Positions 32,145 to 42,448 of a DNA stretch of 64,000 nt are shown piece by piece. The notes beneath the pieces were generated by a model that was given only the letters and a program-made list of their open reading frames with translations, searched no databases and had not been told where the DNA came from. The position numbers and the translations under genes were made by a program. Source of the stretch: an uncultured Ectothiorhodospiraceae bacterium (lineage in GTDB: Bacteria; Pseudomonadota; Gammaproteobacteria; UBA9214); NCBI GenBank assembly GCA_964443845.1, contig CAYUFA010000002.1:4595-68594 (forward strand), read 5' to 3'. Position 1 is the stretch's first letter, and every line of letters begins with the position of its first letter.

Positions 32145-32564
32145 ATGGATCTCAAAGGCAGTTCAACCGAACAGAATCTCAAGGACGCGTTTGCAGGTGA
32201 GTCCCAGGCCAACCGCCGCTACCTGTATTTCGCGGCCAAGGCCGACGTGGAAGGCTACAACGACGTGGCGGCGGTATTCCGCTCGACGGCGGAAGGCGAG
32301 ACCGGTCACGCCCATGGCCACCTGGAATACCTGGAAGCGGTCGGCGACCCGGCGACCGGCCTGCCGATCGGCGCCACCTCCAACAACCTGAAGGCCGCGA
32401 TCGCCGGTGAAACCCACGAATACACCGACATGTATCCGGGTATGGCAAAGTCCGCCCGTGACGAAGGCTTCGACGAAATTGCCGACTGGTTCGAGACGCT
32501 GGCCAAGGCCGAACGCTCGCACGCGAACCGCTTCCAGAAGGCGCTGGATGCCCTGGAAGACTGA
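32145..32564 (+). CDS. Rubrerythrin-family diiron protein (no rubredoxin domain)
   Basis: [19 protein letters not shown] plus E..H-type ligand motifs in a four-helix-bundle-sized protein of 139 aa. Confidence 0.9.
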   Translation: MDLKGSSTEQNLKDAFAGESQANRRYLYFAAKADVEGYNDVAAVFRSTAEGETGHAHGHLEYLEAVGDPATGLPIGATSNNLKAAIAGETHEYTDMYPGMAKSARDEGFDEIADWFETLAKAERSHANRFQKALDALED

Positions 32565-32665
32565 ACAGGCTCACCGAGGTGTCAGTGCACGGGGCCGCGC
32601 AATCGGCCCCGTTGCACGCAGGATGGCGGGAAACCACACGGCCCGGAACCCGAGGAATACGCAGC

Positions 32666-34006
32666 ATGGGATCGAATACGGAAGGCACGCGCGAAGGGAG
32701 CCTGGAGGCACCCACCCGCCACGCGCTGGACTGGAAGAGTCCGCAGTTCTACGACGAACAGAACCTGTTTGCGGAGCTGGAGCGGGTATTCGATATCTGC
32801 CATGGCTGCCGGCGCTGTTTCAGCCTGTGCAATGCCTTCCCGGTGCTGTTCGACGCCATCGACGAGTCGGACACCATGGAACTGGATGGCGTGCCGCGCG
32901 AGGTGTACTGGAAAGTCGTGGACCACTGCTACCTGTGCGACATGTGCTACATGACCAAGTGTCCGTACGTGCCTCCCCACGAATGGAATGTCGACTTTCC
33001 CCACCTCATGCTGCGCGCCAAGGCGGTACGGTTCCGCCAGGGCAGGGTGCGGGGTCGGGACCGCATCCTGGCGGCCACCGACACGGTGGGCCGGCTGGCC
33101 GGTATCCCGGTCATCAACCGGTTCGTCAATCTCAGCAACCGCAGCAAGACCGGGCGCAGGCTGCTGGACATGACCCTGGGCGTGCACCCGGATGCCCGGG
33201 TACCGGAATACCACAGCCGCACCTTGCGCAAGCGCCTCCCCCGCCAGTCGGGGACCGGCGCAACGCCGGCCGGTCCGACCAGCGGCAAGGTGGTGCTGTT
33301 CGCGACCTGCTACGGCAACTACAACGAGCCGGGTATCGGCGAGGACCTGGCGGCGGTGTTCGCGCACAACGAAATCCCGCTGACACTCGCCGGCACGGAA
33401 CGCTGTTGCGGCATGCCCAGGCTGGAACTGGGTGACCTGGACGCGGTGCAGGCGGCGCGCGCTGCCAATATCCCGGCCCTGCTGCGGCTGGTGGACGAAG
33501 GCTGGGACATCGTGGCACCGGTACCGTCGTGCGTCCTGATGTTCAAGCAGGAGCTACCGCTGATGTTTCCGGACGACGCCGACGTCGCACGCGTGCGGGA
33601 TGCGATCTACGACCCGTTCGAGTACCTGATGCTGCGCCACAGGCACGGCCTGCTGAAGACCGATTTCAGGGACACGCTCGGCAGTGTTGCCTATCACGTC
33701 GCCTGTCACCTGCGCGTGCAGAACATCGGCATGAAGACCCGTGACCTGCTGCAACTGATTCCGGGTACTACCGTGGATGCGATTGAACGCTGTTCCGGCC
33801 ACGACGGTACCTATGCGGTGAAGCGCGAATACCACGAAACCTCGATGAAGATCTGCCGTCCGGTGGTGAACCGGGTGCTGCGTGCCGGCGCTACACACTA
33901 CAGCAGCGACTGTCCGATGGCCGGCCACCAGATCGCGAACGGCATGGAAAGCGGCAAGGCACCGGTGCATCCCCTGACCCTGCTGCGCATGGCCTACGGT
34001 ATCTGA
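32666..34006 (+). CDS. (Fe-S)-binding oxidoreductase with two 4Fe-4S motifs and two CCG domains (HdrD/GlpC-like)
   Basis: CHGCRRCFSLC and CYLCDMCYMTKC ferredoxin motifs, then CCG (ERCCGMP) and a second Cys-rich CCG-like domain (ERCSGHDG). Confidence 0.85.
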   Translation: MGSNTEGTREGSLEAPTRHALDWKSPQFYDEQNLFAELERVFDICHGCRRCFSLCNAFPVLFDAIDESDTMELDGVPREVYWKVVDHCYLCDMCYMTKCPYVPPHEWNVDFPHLMLRAKAVRFRQGRVRGRDRILAATDTVGRLAGIPVINRFVNLSNRSKTGRRLLDMTLGVHPDARVPEYHSRTLRKRLPRQSGTGATPAGPTSGKVVLFATCYGNYNEPGIGEDLAAVFAHNEIPLTLAGTERCCGMPRLELGDLDAVQAARAANIPALLRLVDEGWDIVAPVPSCVLMFKQELPLMFPDDADVARVRDAIYDPFEYLMLRHRHGLLKTDFRDTLGSVAYHVACHLRVQNIGMKTRDLLQLIPGTTVDAIERCSGHDGTYAVKREYHETSMKICRPVVNRVLRAGATHYSSDCPMAGHQIANGMESGKAPVHPLTLLRMAYGI

Positions 34007-34008
34007 AC

Positions 34009-34593
34009 ATGAAGAAACTGACTCGCCAGGATTTGTTCACGCTCGAGGACTACGCGGTCCGGCGGGCCGACTTCCGTGCGCAGGTGATGGCGCACAAGAA
34101 GGACCGCATGGTGCACATCGGGCCGTCGGCCACGCTGTACTTCGAGGACCGTGTCACCATCCAGTACCAGGTCCAGGAAATGCTGCGGGCCGAGCGCATT
34201 TTCGAGCCGGCCGGCATCCAGGATGAACTGGATGCCTACAACCCCCTGATCCCGGACGGGCACAACTGGAAGGCCACGTTCATGCTCGAGGAACCGGACG
34301 TGGAGCGCCGGCGTGCACTGCTCGCCGAACTGGTCGGGATCGAGGACTGCGTGTGGGTCCGGGTGGACGGCTTCGAGGCGGTCCATGCCATTGCCGACGA
34401 GGACCTGGACCGTTCCACGCAGGACAAGACTTCCTCGGTACACTTTCTGCGCTTTGAACTGACGGCGCCGATGGTGGAGGCCGCGCACCGGGGCGCTTCC
34501 CTGTCGGTCGGTATCGATCACCGCCATTACCGACACGAGATGGAGCCGGTCACCGACCCGGTCCGCATGGCGCTGACCGCCGACCTGGACTGA
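34009..34593 (+). CDS. DUF3501 family protein
   Basis: The sequence resembles DUF3501 proteins as I recall them. It begins 3 nt after the Fe-S oxidoreductase stop. Confidence 0.75.
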   Translation: MKKLTRQDLFTLEDYAVRRADFRAQVMAHKKDRMVHIGPSATLYFEDRVTIQYQVQEMLRAERIFEPAGIQDELDAYNPLIPDGHNWKATFMLEEPDVERRRALLAELVGIEDCVWVRVDGFEAVHAIADEDLDRSTQDKTSSVHFLRFELTAPMVEAAHRGASLSVGIDHRHYRHEMEPVTDPVRMALTADLD

Positions 34594-34727
34594 TTCGCAC
34601 CCGAGCCGCACGGATTCCCCTTCCCGCCGCCTTCCCGTGCGGCCGGGCCATGCTGTCACAAGGCCGGTTAGGGCGACCGCCGGTCGTGATTGGCGCTGCC
34701 GCAATTTTTCTTTACACTGCGCTTCCC

Positions 34728-35288
34728 ATGAATCCACCGTTGCGTCTCTTCATCCGTACATTGTGCGGCTGCTGTGCCGGGTTGACCCTGTGCTGGCCGG
34801 CGCCGGGCGCCGGCGCCGGCCTGCCGCGCGAGGACGGGCCCGTGCAGGCAACGCTGCCACCGGAACAGCCCTCGGTGTGGAAGGAACAGGCGCTAGCGCT
34901 GCCGGCCTATCCCGCGGCCGGCAAGCTGCTGGAGCTCGATGTGAATACGCCGGGCTTCCGGACCTACATCGATCCGGGTTCGCTGACCGCCGGCAAGGAC
35001 GGGGTGGTACGCTTCACCACGGTACAGGTGTCCGCTTCGGGTGTCCGCAATGTCACCTACGAAGGGCTGCATTGCGGGGCGCAACGCTACCGGCGCCTTG
35101 CCTACGGCAACGCCGGAAAATGGCACGAGCTGAAGGCGGGTGGGTGGCAGCGCCTGCCCGAGTACGGTGACGGGAGTTACCGCAAGGACCTGTACTTCCA
35201 CTATATGTGCAATCCCGTCGAGCCCTACGGCCCGGCGCAGCGGATCCTGCGCCGGTTGCGCAGCTCACGTTCGGGATTCGGAGACTGA
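34728..35288 (+). CDS. CNP1-like family secreted protein
   Basis: Signal peptide. The KDGVVRFTTVQVSASGVRNVTYEGLHCG core matches the CNP1-like family pattern as recalled. Confidence 0.75.
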   Translation: MNPPLRLFIRTLCGCCAGLTLCWPAPGAGAGLPREDGPVQATLPPEQPSVWKEQALALPAYPAAGKLLELDVNTPGFRTYIDPGSLTAGKDGVVRFTTVQVSASGVRNVTYEGLHCGAQRYRRLAYGNAGKWHELKAGGWQRLPEYGDGSYRKDLYFHYMCNPVEPYGPAQRILRRLRSSRSGFGD

Positions 35289-35319
35289 CAGGCGTGACAG
35301 TACGGCAGCAGGAAACAGC

Positions 35320-37206
35320 ATGAGTGCGGTGTACGACGCCTCCGCCATCGAGGTGCTCAGCGGGCTGGAACCCGTACGTAAACGCCCGGGGATGTATACC
35401 GACACCACGCGGCCCAACCACCTCGCCCAGGAAGTCATCGACAACAGCATCGACGAGGCCATGGCCGGGCACGCGCAGCGGGTCGATGTCACGGTGTTCC
35501 GGGACGGGTCGTTGCAGGTGGCCGATGACGGTCGCGGCATGCCGGTGGATCTGCACCCGGTCGAGAAAGTGCCCGGTATCGAGGTGATCCTCACCAGACT
35601 GCATGCCGGCGGCAAGTTTTCCGCCAGCAACTACCGGTTTTCCGGCGGCCTGCACGGCGTGGGCGTTTCCGTGGTCAACGCATTGTCGAAACACCTGGAA
35701 GTGTGGGTGAAACGCGGCGGGCGGGAATACAACATGGCGTTCGCCAGCGGCGCGAAGACCTCCGATCTGGAAGAGGTCGGCAAGGTCGGGCGGCAGAATA
35801 CCGGCACCACCGTGCGCTTCTGGCCGGACGAAAAATATTTCGACTCGGTAACATTCTCGCTCTCGCGGCTGCGCCATGTATTGCGCGCCAAGGCGGTCCT
35901 GTGTCCCGGCCTGCAGGTCAGCCTGTTCAACGAGGCCAGCAACGAGCGCGAGGAATGGTGCTACGCCGACGGGCTGCGCGATTACCTGCAGGGTGCGCTC
36001 GGTGATGTGGACACGTTCCCGGAGGAACCGTTTACCGGGAAGATGGAAGGGCATACCGAGGCCGCCGAATGGGCGCTGTCCTGGCTGCCGCAGGGCGGCG
36101 AGATGGTGGCGGAAAGCTACGTCAACCTGATCCCGACCACCCAGGGCGGGACCCACGTCAATGGCCTGCGTACCGGACTTACCGAGGCGGTGCGGGAATT
36201 CTGCGAGTTCCGCAACCTGTTGCCGCGCGGGGTCAAGCTTGCGCCGGAAGACGTCTGGGATCGCTGCTGCTACATCCTGTCGGTGAAGCTGGCGGATCCC
36301 CAGTTCAGCGGCCAGACCAAGGAGCGCCTGTCCTCGCGCGAGTGCGCCACCTTCGTCTCCGGCGTGGTGCGTGATGCCTTCGGCCTGTGGCTGAACCATC
36401 ACCCCGAAATGGGCGAAAAGATCGCCTGGCTGGCCATCGAGAACGCGCAGCACCGCCTGCGCGCCGGCAAGAAGGTGGTGCGCAAGAAGGTCACCGCCGG
36501 GCCGGCCCTGCCCGGCAAGCTGGCCGACTGCACCTCCACCGACAGCGAGCGCACCGAGCTGTTCCTGGTGGAAGGTGATTCCGCCGGCGGCTCTGCCAAG
36601 CAGGCCCGTGACCGCACCTTCCAGGCCATCATGCCGCTGCGGGGCAAGATACTGAACACCTGGGAGGTCGATTCTGCCGAGGTGCTGGCCTCACAGGAAG
36701 TGCATGATATCTCGGTGGCCATCGGCGTGGAGCCGGGCAGTAACCGCCTCGACGGCCTGCGCTACAACCGCATCTGTATCCTTGCCGACGCCGACTCCGA
36801 CGGGGCGCACATCGCCACGCTGCTGTGCGCGCTGTTCCTGCGTCACTTCCGTGCGCTGGTCGAGTCCGGGCACGTCTACGTCGCGATGCCGCCGCTGTAT
36901 CGTGTCGATGCCGGCAAGGAGGTGTTCTATGCGCTCGACGACGCCGAGAAGCAGGGTGTGCTGGATCGCATCGCCGCCGAGAAGCTGAAGGGCAAGGTGA
37001 CCGTGCAGCGTTTCAAGGGGCTGGGCGAGATGAACCCGATGCAGCTGCGTGAAACCACCATCGCACCGGACACCCGCCGGCTGGTCCAGCTGACCGTCGA
37101 TGTCAGCGACGACACGCACGGCATCATGGACATGCTGCTGGCGCGCAAGCGCGCGCCCGACCGGCGCGAGTGGCTGGAAACCCGCGGCAACCTGGCCGAG
37201 ATCTGA
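35320..37206 (+). CDS. parE: DNA topoisomerase IV subunit B
   Basis: GHKL/Toprim sequence, 628 aa (ParE-sized rather than GyrB-sized), followed by parC. Confidence 0.96.
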   Translation: MSAVYDASAIEVLSGLEPVRKRPGMYTDTTRPNHLAQEVIDNSIDEAMAGHAQRVDVTVFRDGSLQVADDGRGMPVDLHPVEKVPGIEVILTRLHAGGKFSASNYRFSGGLHGVGVSVVNALSKHLEVWVKRGGREYNMAFASGAKTSDLEEVGKVGRQNTGTTVRFWPDEKYFDSVTFSLSRLRHVLRAKAVLCPGLQVSLFNEASNEREEWCYADGLRDYLQGALGDVDTFPEEPFTGKMEGHTEAAEWALSWLPQGGEMVAESYVNLIPTTQGGTHVNGLRTGLTEAVREFCEFRNLLPRGVKLAPEDVWDRCCYILSVKLADPQFSGQTKERLSSRECATFVSGVVRDAFGLWLNHHPEMGEKIAWLAIENAQHRLRAGKKVVRKKVTAGPALPGKLADCTSTDSERTELFLVEGDSAGGSAKQARDRTFQAIMPLRGKILNTWEVDSAEVLASQEVHDISVAIGVEPGSNRLDGLRYNRICILADADSDGAHIATLLCALFLRHFRALVESGHVYVAMPPLYRVDAGKEVFYALDDAEKQGVLDRIAAEKLKGKVTVQRFKGLGEMNPMQLRETTIAPDTRRLVQLTVDVSDDTHGIMDMLLARKRAPDRREWLETRGNLAEI

Positions 37207-37229
37207 ACGGTTACACGGACAATCCGGGT

Positions 37230-37276
37230 GGGGACAGACCACGTTTTTCACCCTGAAAAATACCTGGTCTGTCCCC
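37230..37276. other. Long imperfect hairpin in the parE-parC spacer
   Basis: GGGGACAGACCA ... TGGTCTGTCCCC forms a 12-bp perfect stem. It encloses a second 7-bp helix (TTTTTCA/TGAAAAA) and a CCC loop. No T-tract follows. Confidence 0.5.
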
Positions 37277-37411
37277 GATTGGCATCACGGTCGCCGACAC
37301 CTCGTCGTGACGGCGGGAATATATGGGAACGAAAGGACAGGGTATTGATCTTGCCGGGTTCTTGCGTGGCCATTGAACAACCAGGTGTAGATTGAATACA
37401 GGTTCAACCCC

Positions 37412-39664
37412 ATGGAAACTCTCGAACTCGACTACGAAGGCATCGAACGGCTGCCGCTGAAGACCTTTACCGAGAAGGCTTACCTGGACTATTCCATGTA
37501 CGTCATTCTTGATCGCGCGCTGCCGCATATCGGTGACGGGCTCAAGCCGGTGCAGCGGCGCATCATCTATGCCATGTCCGAACTCGGGCTGGCCGCCAGT
37601 GCCAAGTACAAGAAATCGGCACGCACCGTCGGTGACGTGCTTGGCAAGTTCCACCCGCACGGGGACTCGGCCTGCTACGAAGCCATGGTGCATCTGGCAC
37701 AGGAATTCACCACGCGCTACCCGCTGATCGACGGGCAGGGCAACTGGGGTTCGCCCGATGACCCGAAGTCGTTCGCCGCCATGCGTTACACGGAGGCCCG
37801 GCTGGCGCCCTATGCCGAGACCCTGCTGGCCGAGCTGGGGCAGGGCACGGTCGACTGGGTACCGAATTTCGATGGCACGCTGGACGAGCCGGCACTGCTG
37901 CCGGCGCGCCTGCCCAACGTGCTGCTGAACGGCGCGGCCGGCATCGCGGTGGGCATGGCCACGGACATCCCGCCGCACAACCTGCGTGAGATCACGGAGG
38001 CGGCCATTCTGCTGCTCGACAAGCCAGGGAGCACCCTGGAAGACCTGTGTACGGTCGTACAGGGACCGGATTTCCCGACCGGGGCCGAGATCATCACCCC
38101 GCGTGCGGAGCTGGTCGAGGCATACCGGACCGGGTATGGCAGCGTGCGCATGCGCGCCTGTTACGAGGTCGAGAATGGCGAGATCGTGATCACCGCGCTG
38201 CCCTACCAGACTTCCGGCAGCAAGGTGCTGGAACAGATCGCCGCGCTGATGAATGCGAAAAAGCTGCCCATGATCGAGGACCTGCGCGACGAGTCCGATC
38301 ACGAGAATCCGACCCGCCTGGTGATCGTGCCGCGCTCGAACCGCATGGACAGCGCGGCACTCATGTCGCACCTGTTCTCGTGCACCGGTCTGGAGCGTAC
38401 CGCGCGCATCAACCTGAACCTGATCGGCCTGGACGGAAGACCGAAAATCAAGAGCTTGCGTGGTATTCTTGAGGAATGGCTGGAGTACAGAAAGAGCACG
38501 GTCACCCGCCGCCTGCAGCATCGTCTCGACAAGGTCAGCGCCCGCCTGCACCTGCTGGAAGGCCTGCTGATCGCTTTCCTCAATCTCGACGAGGTCATTC
38601 ATATCATCCGCACCGAGGACCAGCCAAAGCGCGTGCTGATGGAACGCTTCCGGCTGACGGATGAGCAGGTCAACTATATCCTGGATACCCGTCTGCGCCA
38701 GCTTGCGCGGCTCGAGGAAATGAAGATCCGTGGCGAGCAGGATGCGCTGACCCGGGAGCATGCCGGGCTGGTGGCGCTGCTCGGTTCGCCCGCGCGCCTG
38801 AAGACGCTGATCAAGAAGGAACTGCGCGCGGACATGGATACCTACGGTGACGAGCGGCGTTCGCGCCTGATCGAACGCGCGCCTGCCGTGGTCATGGACG
38901 AGACCGCCTTGCTGCCGAGCGAGGCGGTGACCGTGGTGCTGTCGATAAACGGCTGGGTGCGCGTGGCCAAGGGCCACGAGATCAACCCGGAGGAGATGAG
39001 TTACAAGGCCGGCGACGGGCTGCTGATGGCGGCGCGCGGCCGCAGCAACCAGGTGGCGGTGTTCATCGATTCCTGCGGCCGGACCTACGCGCTGCCGGTG
39101 CATACGTTGCCGGGTGCACGCGGGCAGGGCGAACCGCTCAGCGGCCGGCTCAAGCCGGCGGACGGGGCACGCTTTTGCGGGGTGATGATGGGGGACCCGG
39201 AGCAGCGGTTCCTGCTGGCCAGTGATGCCGGATACGGCTTCGTGGTGAAGCTGGCCGATACGATCACCCGCAACAAGGCCGGCAAGGCTACGCTGTCGGT
39301 GCCCAGGGGTGCGGGCGTGCTGCCACCAGTGGCGGTGCGCAGCACCGAGGATGACTGGGTGGTGGCGGCCACCACGGAGGGCTACATGCTGGTGGTGCCG
39401 CTGGCCGACATCCCGCAACTGTCGCGCGGCAAGGGCAACCGGATCATCAGCATCCCGGGTGCGAAGCTGCAGAGCCGTGAGGAAATCGTGGCAGCCATCG
39501 ACTGCATCCAGGACGGCGAAAAGCTCGTCGTGCATGCCGGGAAAAAGTACAAGACGATGAGTGCGGACGAGGTGGACGAGTACGCCGGCGAGCGCGGCCG
39601 GCGTGGCCACAGGCTTGCACGCGGCTACACGAAGGTGGAACGCCTGGAGGTCATCCGGTCCTGA
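37412..39664 (+). CDS. parC: DNA topoisomerase IV subunit A
   Basis: GLKPVQRRI, the AAMRYTE catalytic Tyr motif, and 750 aa. Confidence 0.96.
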   Translation: METLELDYEGIERLPLKTFTEKAYLDYSMYVILDRALPHIGDGLKPVQRRIIYAMSELGLAASAKYKKSARTVGDVLGKFHPHGDSACYEAMVHLAQEFTTRYPLIDGQGNWGSPDDPKSFAAMRYTEARLAPYAETLLAELGQGTVDWVPNFDGTLDEPALLPARLPNVLLNGAAGIAVGMATDIPPHNLREITEAAILLLDKPGSTLEDLCTVVQGPDFPTGAEIITPRAELVEAYRTGYGSVRMRACYEVENGEIVITALPYQTSGSKVLEQIAALMNAKKLPMIEDLRDESDHENPTRLVIVPRSNRMDSAALMSHLFSCTGLERTARINLNLIGLDGRPKIKSLRGILEEWLEYRKSTVTRRLQHRLDKVSARLHLLEGLLIAFLNLDEVIHIIRTEDQPKRVLMERFRLTDEQVNYILDTRLRQLARLEEMKIRGEQDALTREHAGLVALLGSPARLKTLIKKELRADMDTYGDERRSRLIERAPAVVMDETALLPSEAVTVVLSINGWVRVAKGHEINPEEMSYKAGDGLLMAARGRSNQVAVFIDSCGRTYALPVHTLPGARGQGEPLSGRLKPADGARFCGVMMGDPEQRFLLASDAGYGFVVKLADTITRNKAGKATLSVPRGAGVLPPVAVRSTEDDWVVAATTEGYMLVVPLADIPQLSRGKGNRIISIPGAKLQSREEIVAAIDCIQDGEKLVVHAGKKYKTMSADEVDEYAGERGRRGHRLARGYTKVERLEVIRS

Positions 39665-39682
39665 GCAGGCAGCCGTGGCCGC

Positions 39683-40762
39683 CTACTTCTGCTGGCGCCG
39701 CAGCTCCTCGAGGTTGCTCAGCACCCGGTTGGCACGGTCAATGCGCTTGACGAGCTCCTGATTGTCGGGATCGAGCGCCAGTGCCGCCTTCCAGGCCTTC
39801 AGTGCGGGCAGAATCCGTTCGGCACGGTACTGCGAATCCCCGGCCAGCGTCAGGTCATGCACGCGGCTCGAAACGGCCTGGTCGAGATTACCCTGCAGTT
39901 CGACCACGTTACTGTCCCTGGTGGACGAGGCGGGCAGCCTGGCCAGGGCAGCCTGGGCGTCCTGCAGCTTGTGCTGCTCGATGGCCTGCTGGGTGGCTTC
40001 GAGAATCTGGCGGGTTTCCTTTTTCTCGGTGCGGGTCCTGTTGCGCTGGATGATCGCCTGTTGCTTGATCACGGCCTGCTGTTTCGAGGCCTGCGCGGCC
40101 TGTTCCTGGTTCAGCAGGTCGGCAAGCATGCCGGCGGCCTGTTCCGACGGGCCGAGCTGCTGGGCCACCTGCAGGCACTTCTTGGCAGCCGCGGTGTCGG
40201 ATCGCCGCAGCGCGTCGCCGGCGTGTTCGACCAGTCGCCCTGCGATCACTTTCGATTCATCCTGCTGGCGCGAGTATTCCCGTTTCTGGTTGTAGTCGGG
40301 CGGTTGCAGTCTGGCTTGCTTCTCGTACAGTGCGCGCTGTTCGAGCAGGAACCGGGCGCGGGTCAGCAGCATGTTGCGCTCGTTGAGTTTCACCTGCTGT
40401 TCCCGCTTCGCCTCGAGGTCGGTACGCAGGGTATGCAGCAGCATGCTGTGGGGCAGCTTCTGCAGTGCGTCGGTAAGCAGGGATACCGCGCCGAGCAGAT
40501 TCCCTGCGGCGGCGAGTTTCCTGGCGCGCGTGTAGACGGATTCCTCGTACTCGGATTCCCGGGCGCTGATGGTCTGCTGCACCTCGAGGGTGTCGATTGC
40601 AGGGTACCTCCCGGTCAGCAGCCGCGCGCGCACGAATTCATCCTTCCCGATCAGGTCCTGCAGGTCCCCGGGCTGGTCCTGCACAATGCGGATGCTGTTC
40701 ATATCCGCGCATCCGGTCAGCACGAGCAGCAGCGACAGTACGGGAATGACGCGCCTACGCAT
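39683..40762 (-). CDS. Alpha-helical / coiled-coil (TPR-like C-terminus) lipoprotein of unknown function
   Basis: Lipobox LVLTGC and Gln/Ala/Arg-rich helical sequence. Its start overlaps the stop of the upstream cyclase gene by 8 nt. Confidence 0.75.
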   Translation of the reverse strand: MRRRVIPVLSLLLVLTGCADMNSIRIVQDQPGDLQDLIGKDEFVRARLLTGRYPAIDTLEVQQTISARESEYEESVYTRARKLAAAGNLLGAVSLLTDALQKLPHSMLLHTLRTDLEAKREQQVKLNERNMLLTRARFLLEQRALYEKQARLQPPDYNQKREYSRQQDESKVIAGRLVEHAGDALRRSDTAAAKKCLQVAQQLGPSEQAAGMLADLLNQEQAAQASKQQAVIKQQAIIQRNRTRTEKKETRQILEATQQAIEQHKLQDAQAALARLPASSTRDSNVVELQGNLDQAVSSRVHDLTLAGDSQYRAERILPALKAWKAALALDPDNQELVKRIDRANRVLSNLEELRRQQK

Positions 40763-42362
40763 GGCTGGCCTCGCTGCTCTCGCTGTTGACGATCATGTCG
40801 TACTGGTCGTCGAGGACGCCCTGGCAGTCCGCGCTCAGCTGCTCCACACGGTACGTGTAGACCGGCTGGCTGATGCCACGCAGCCGGATAGCCTGGTACT
40901 CGCCCGCCAGTACCCTTGCCTGCACCTCTGCGCGCAGGTACATCTCGCGCGAGATCACGATCTCGTTGGCATTGGCGATGCCGCACAGTCTGGAGGCGAG
41001 ATTGACCGTGTCACCGACCACGGTGTATTCCATGCGGTTACGCGAACCCATGTTGCCGGCCAGCATGTTCCCGGTATTGATGCCGATCCGGAACTCGACG
41101 GGGAACTGCCGCTGTGCGATGCGCCTGCGGTTTTCGCTGGCGATCAGCCGGTGGATGAGCAGTGCACAGGTGATCGCGTGGAATGCATGCTGGGGGTCCG
41201 GCTCCGGCGCGCCGAACACCAGCATGACGCCGTCACCCATGTACTTGTCCACCATGCCCTTGTTGATTTCGCAGGCGCTGGTGACCAGCGTGAAGTAGCG
41301 GTTCAGTATGTTGACCAGGTCTTCCGGCCGGATGTTCTCCGAGATGCTGGTGAACCCCTTGATATCCGCAAAGATCACACTGCCGTCGACGCGCTTGCCG
41401 CTGAGCCTGACGTCATCGAGGTTGGACAGGATTTCACGCGCCACGCTGGGCGAGACATACCGTGACAGGGCGCTCTTGACCTGGGATTTTTCCAGCATGC
41501 CCTCGGCCATCTCGTTGAAGGCGGTCATGAGCTGGCCGAGTTCGTCCTTGCGTGACTCGTTGAACCGGAACGTATAGTCACCGCTGCCGATGGCGCGGCT
41601 GGCATGCACCAGCCGGTCGATCGGCTGGGTGATGCGTCGCCCCATGGAGAAGGCGATGCCGATGCCCAGCAGGATCACCAGCAGGGTCGCGGCGATGATC
41701 GACTGCATGGCCTGGTAGGCGAACGCACTCATTTCGGCCTGGCTGAAGGTTACCAGCGTGTAACCGGTGGTGACGTCCTGGAAGGTCACGCGCTGTACAA
41801 AGGAGACGACCGGCCAGGGCCGATTGCCCTCGAGCTGGTTCCAGGTCCAGCGATAGTCCCCGTACTTCCCGGTGATGATGTCGTTCAGGATATGCCGGGT
41901 CAGCGGGTTCTTTTCCTCGAACAGCGGGCCGGCACTGGTAATGACCTCGCCGTGCACGGTGATGATGGCGCTGCCCAGAACGCTGCTGCTTTGGGCGAAA
42001 CTGCTGGCAATCGCGTCCAGTGCCAGCTTGTCGTCTGCCAGCAGGGGTTCGCGCGCGGCCTTTGCCATGAGCCGTGCCAGTGTGCGTCCCTGTTCGCTGA
42101 CCTGCTGTTCCATCTGCCGGTATTGCTGCTGGATGAGCATGCTGCCCAGCAGCAGCATGCAGCCGACGACCAGCAGGGTGATGACCAGGGACAGCTTGTA
42201 GGCGAGCGGGATGCGATGCAGCCTGTCCGCGACACCGCTCCACTGGTCCCGCAAACCGTACCACAGCCGGTGCAAACGGCTGCGATAGCGGTACACCACC
42301 ATGGAACGTGAAGGTTCAACGCCTGCGTGCTCGCGGGGCGGCTGTTCCGGGGCCGGATTCAT
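40755..42362 (-). CDS. Membrane-bound HAMP-domain class III adenylate cyclase
   Basis: Two TM helices flank a periplasmic region of about 150 aa, followed by HAMP. The cyclase motifs are FADIKGFTS, DKYMGDGVMLVFGAP and GDTVNLASRL. The Lys in KYMGD suggests ATP specificity. Confidence 0.88.
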   Translation of the reverse strand: MNPAPEQPPREHAGVEPSRSMVVYRYRSRLHRLWYGLRDQWSGVADRLHRIPLAYKLSLVITLLVVGCMLLLGSMLIQQQYRQMEQQVSEQGRTLARLMAKAAREPLLADDKLALDAIASSFAQSSSVLGSAIITVHGEVITSAGPLFEEKNPLTRHILNDIITGKYGDYRWTWNQLEGNRPWPVVSFVQRVTFQDVTTGYTLVTFSQAEMSAFAYQAMQSIIAATLLVILLGIGIAFSMGRRITQPIDRLVHASRAIGSGDYTFRFNESRKDELGQLMTAFNEMAEGMLEKSQVKSALSRYVSPSVAREILSNLDDVRLSGKRVDGSVIFADIKGFTSISENIRPEDLVNILNRYFTLVTSACEINKGMVDKYMGDGVMLVFGAPEPDPQHAFHAITCALLIHRLIASENRRRIAQRQFPVEFRIGINTGNMLAGNMGSRNRMEYTVVGDTVNLASRLCGIANANEIVISREMYLRAEVQARVLAGEYQAIRLRGISQPVYTYRVEQLSADCQGVLDDQYDMIVNSESSEASHA

Positions 42363-42448
42363 GCAGCCTCTCGCCGGGCGCTGGCGATCGCAGCCACCGC
42401 ACGGTCTGTGTACAATGCGCTGTTCCCGGAACCTGCAACAGGTGAGTC

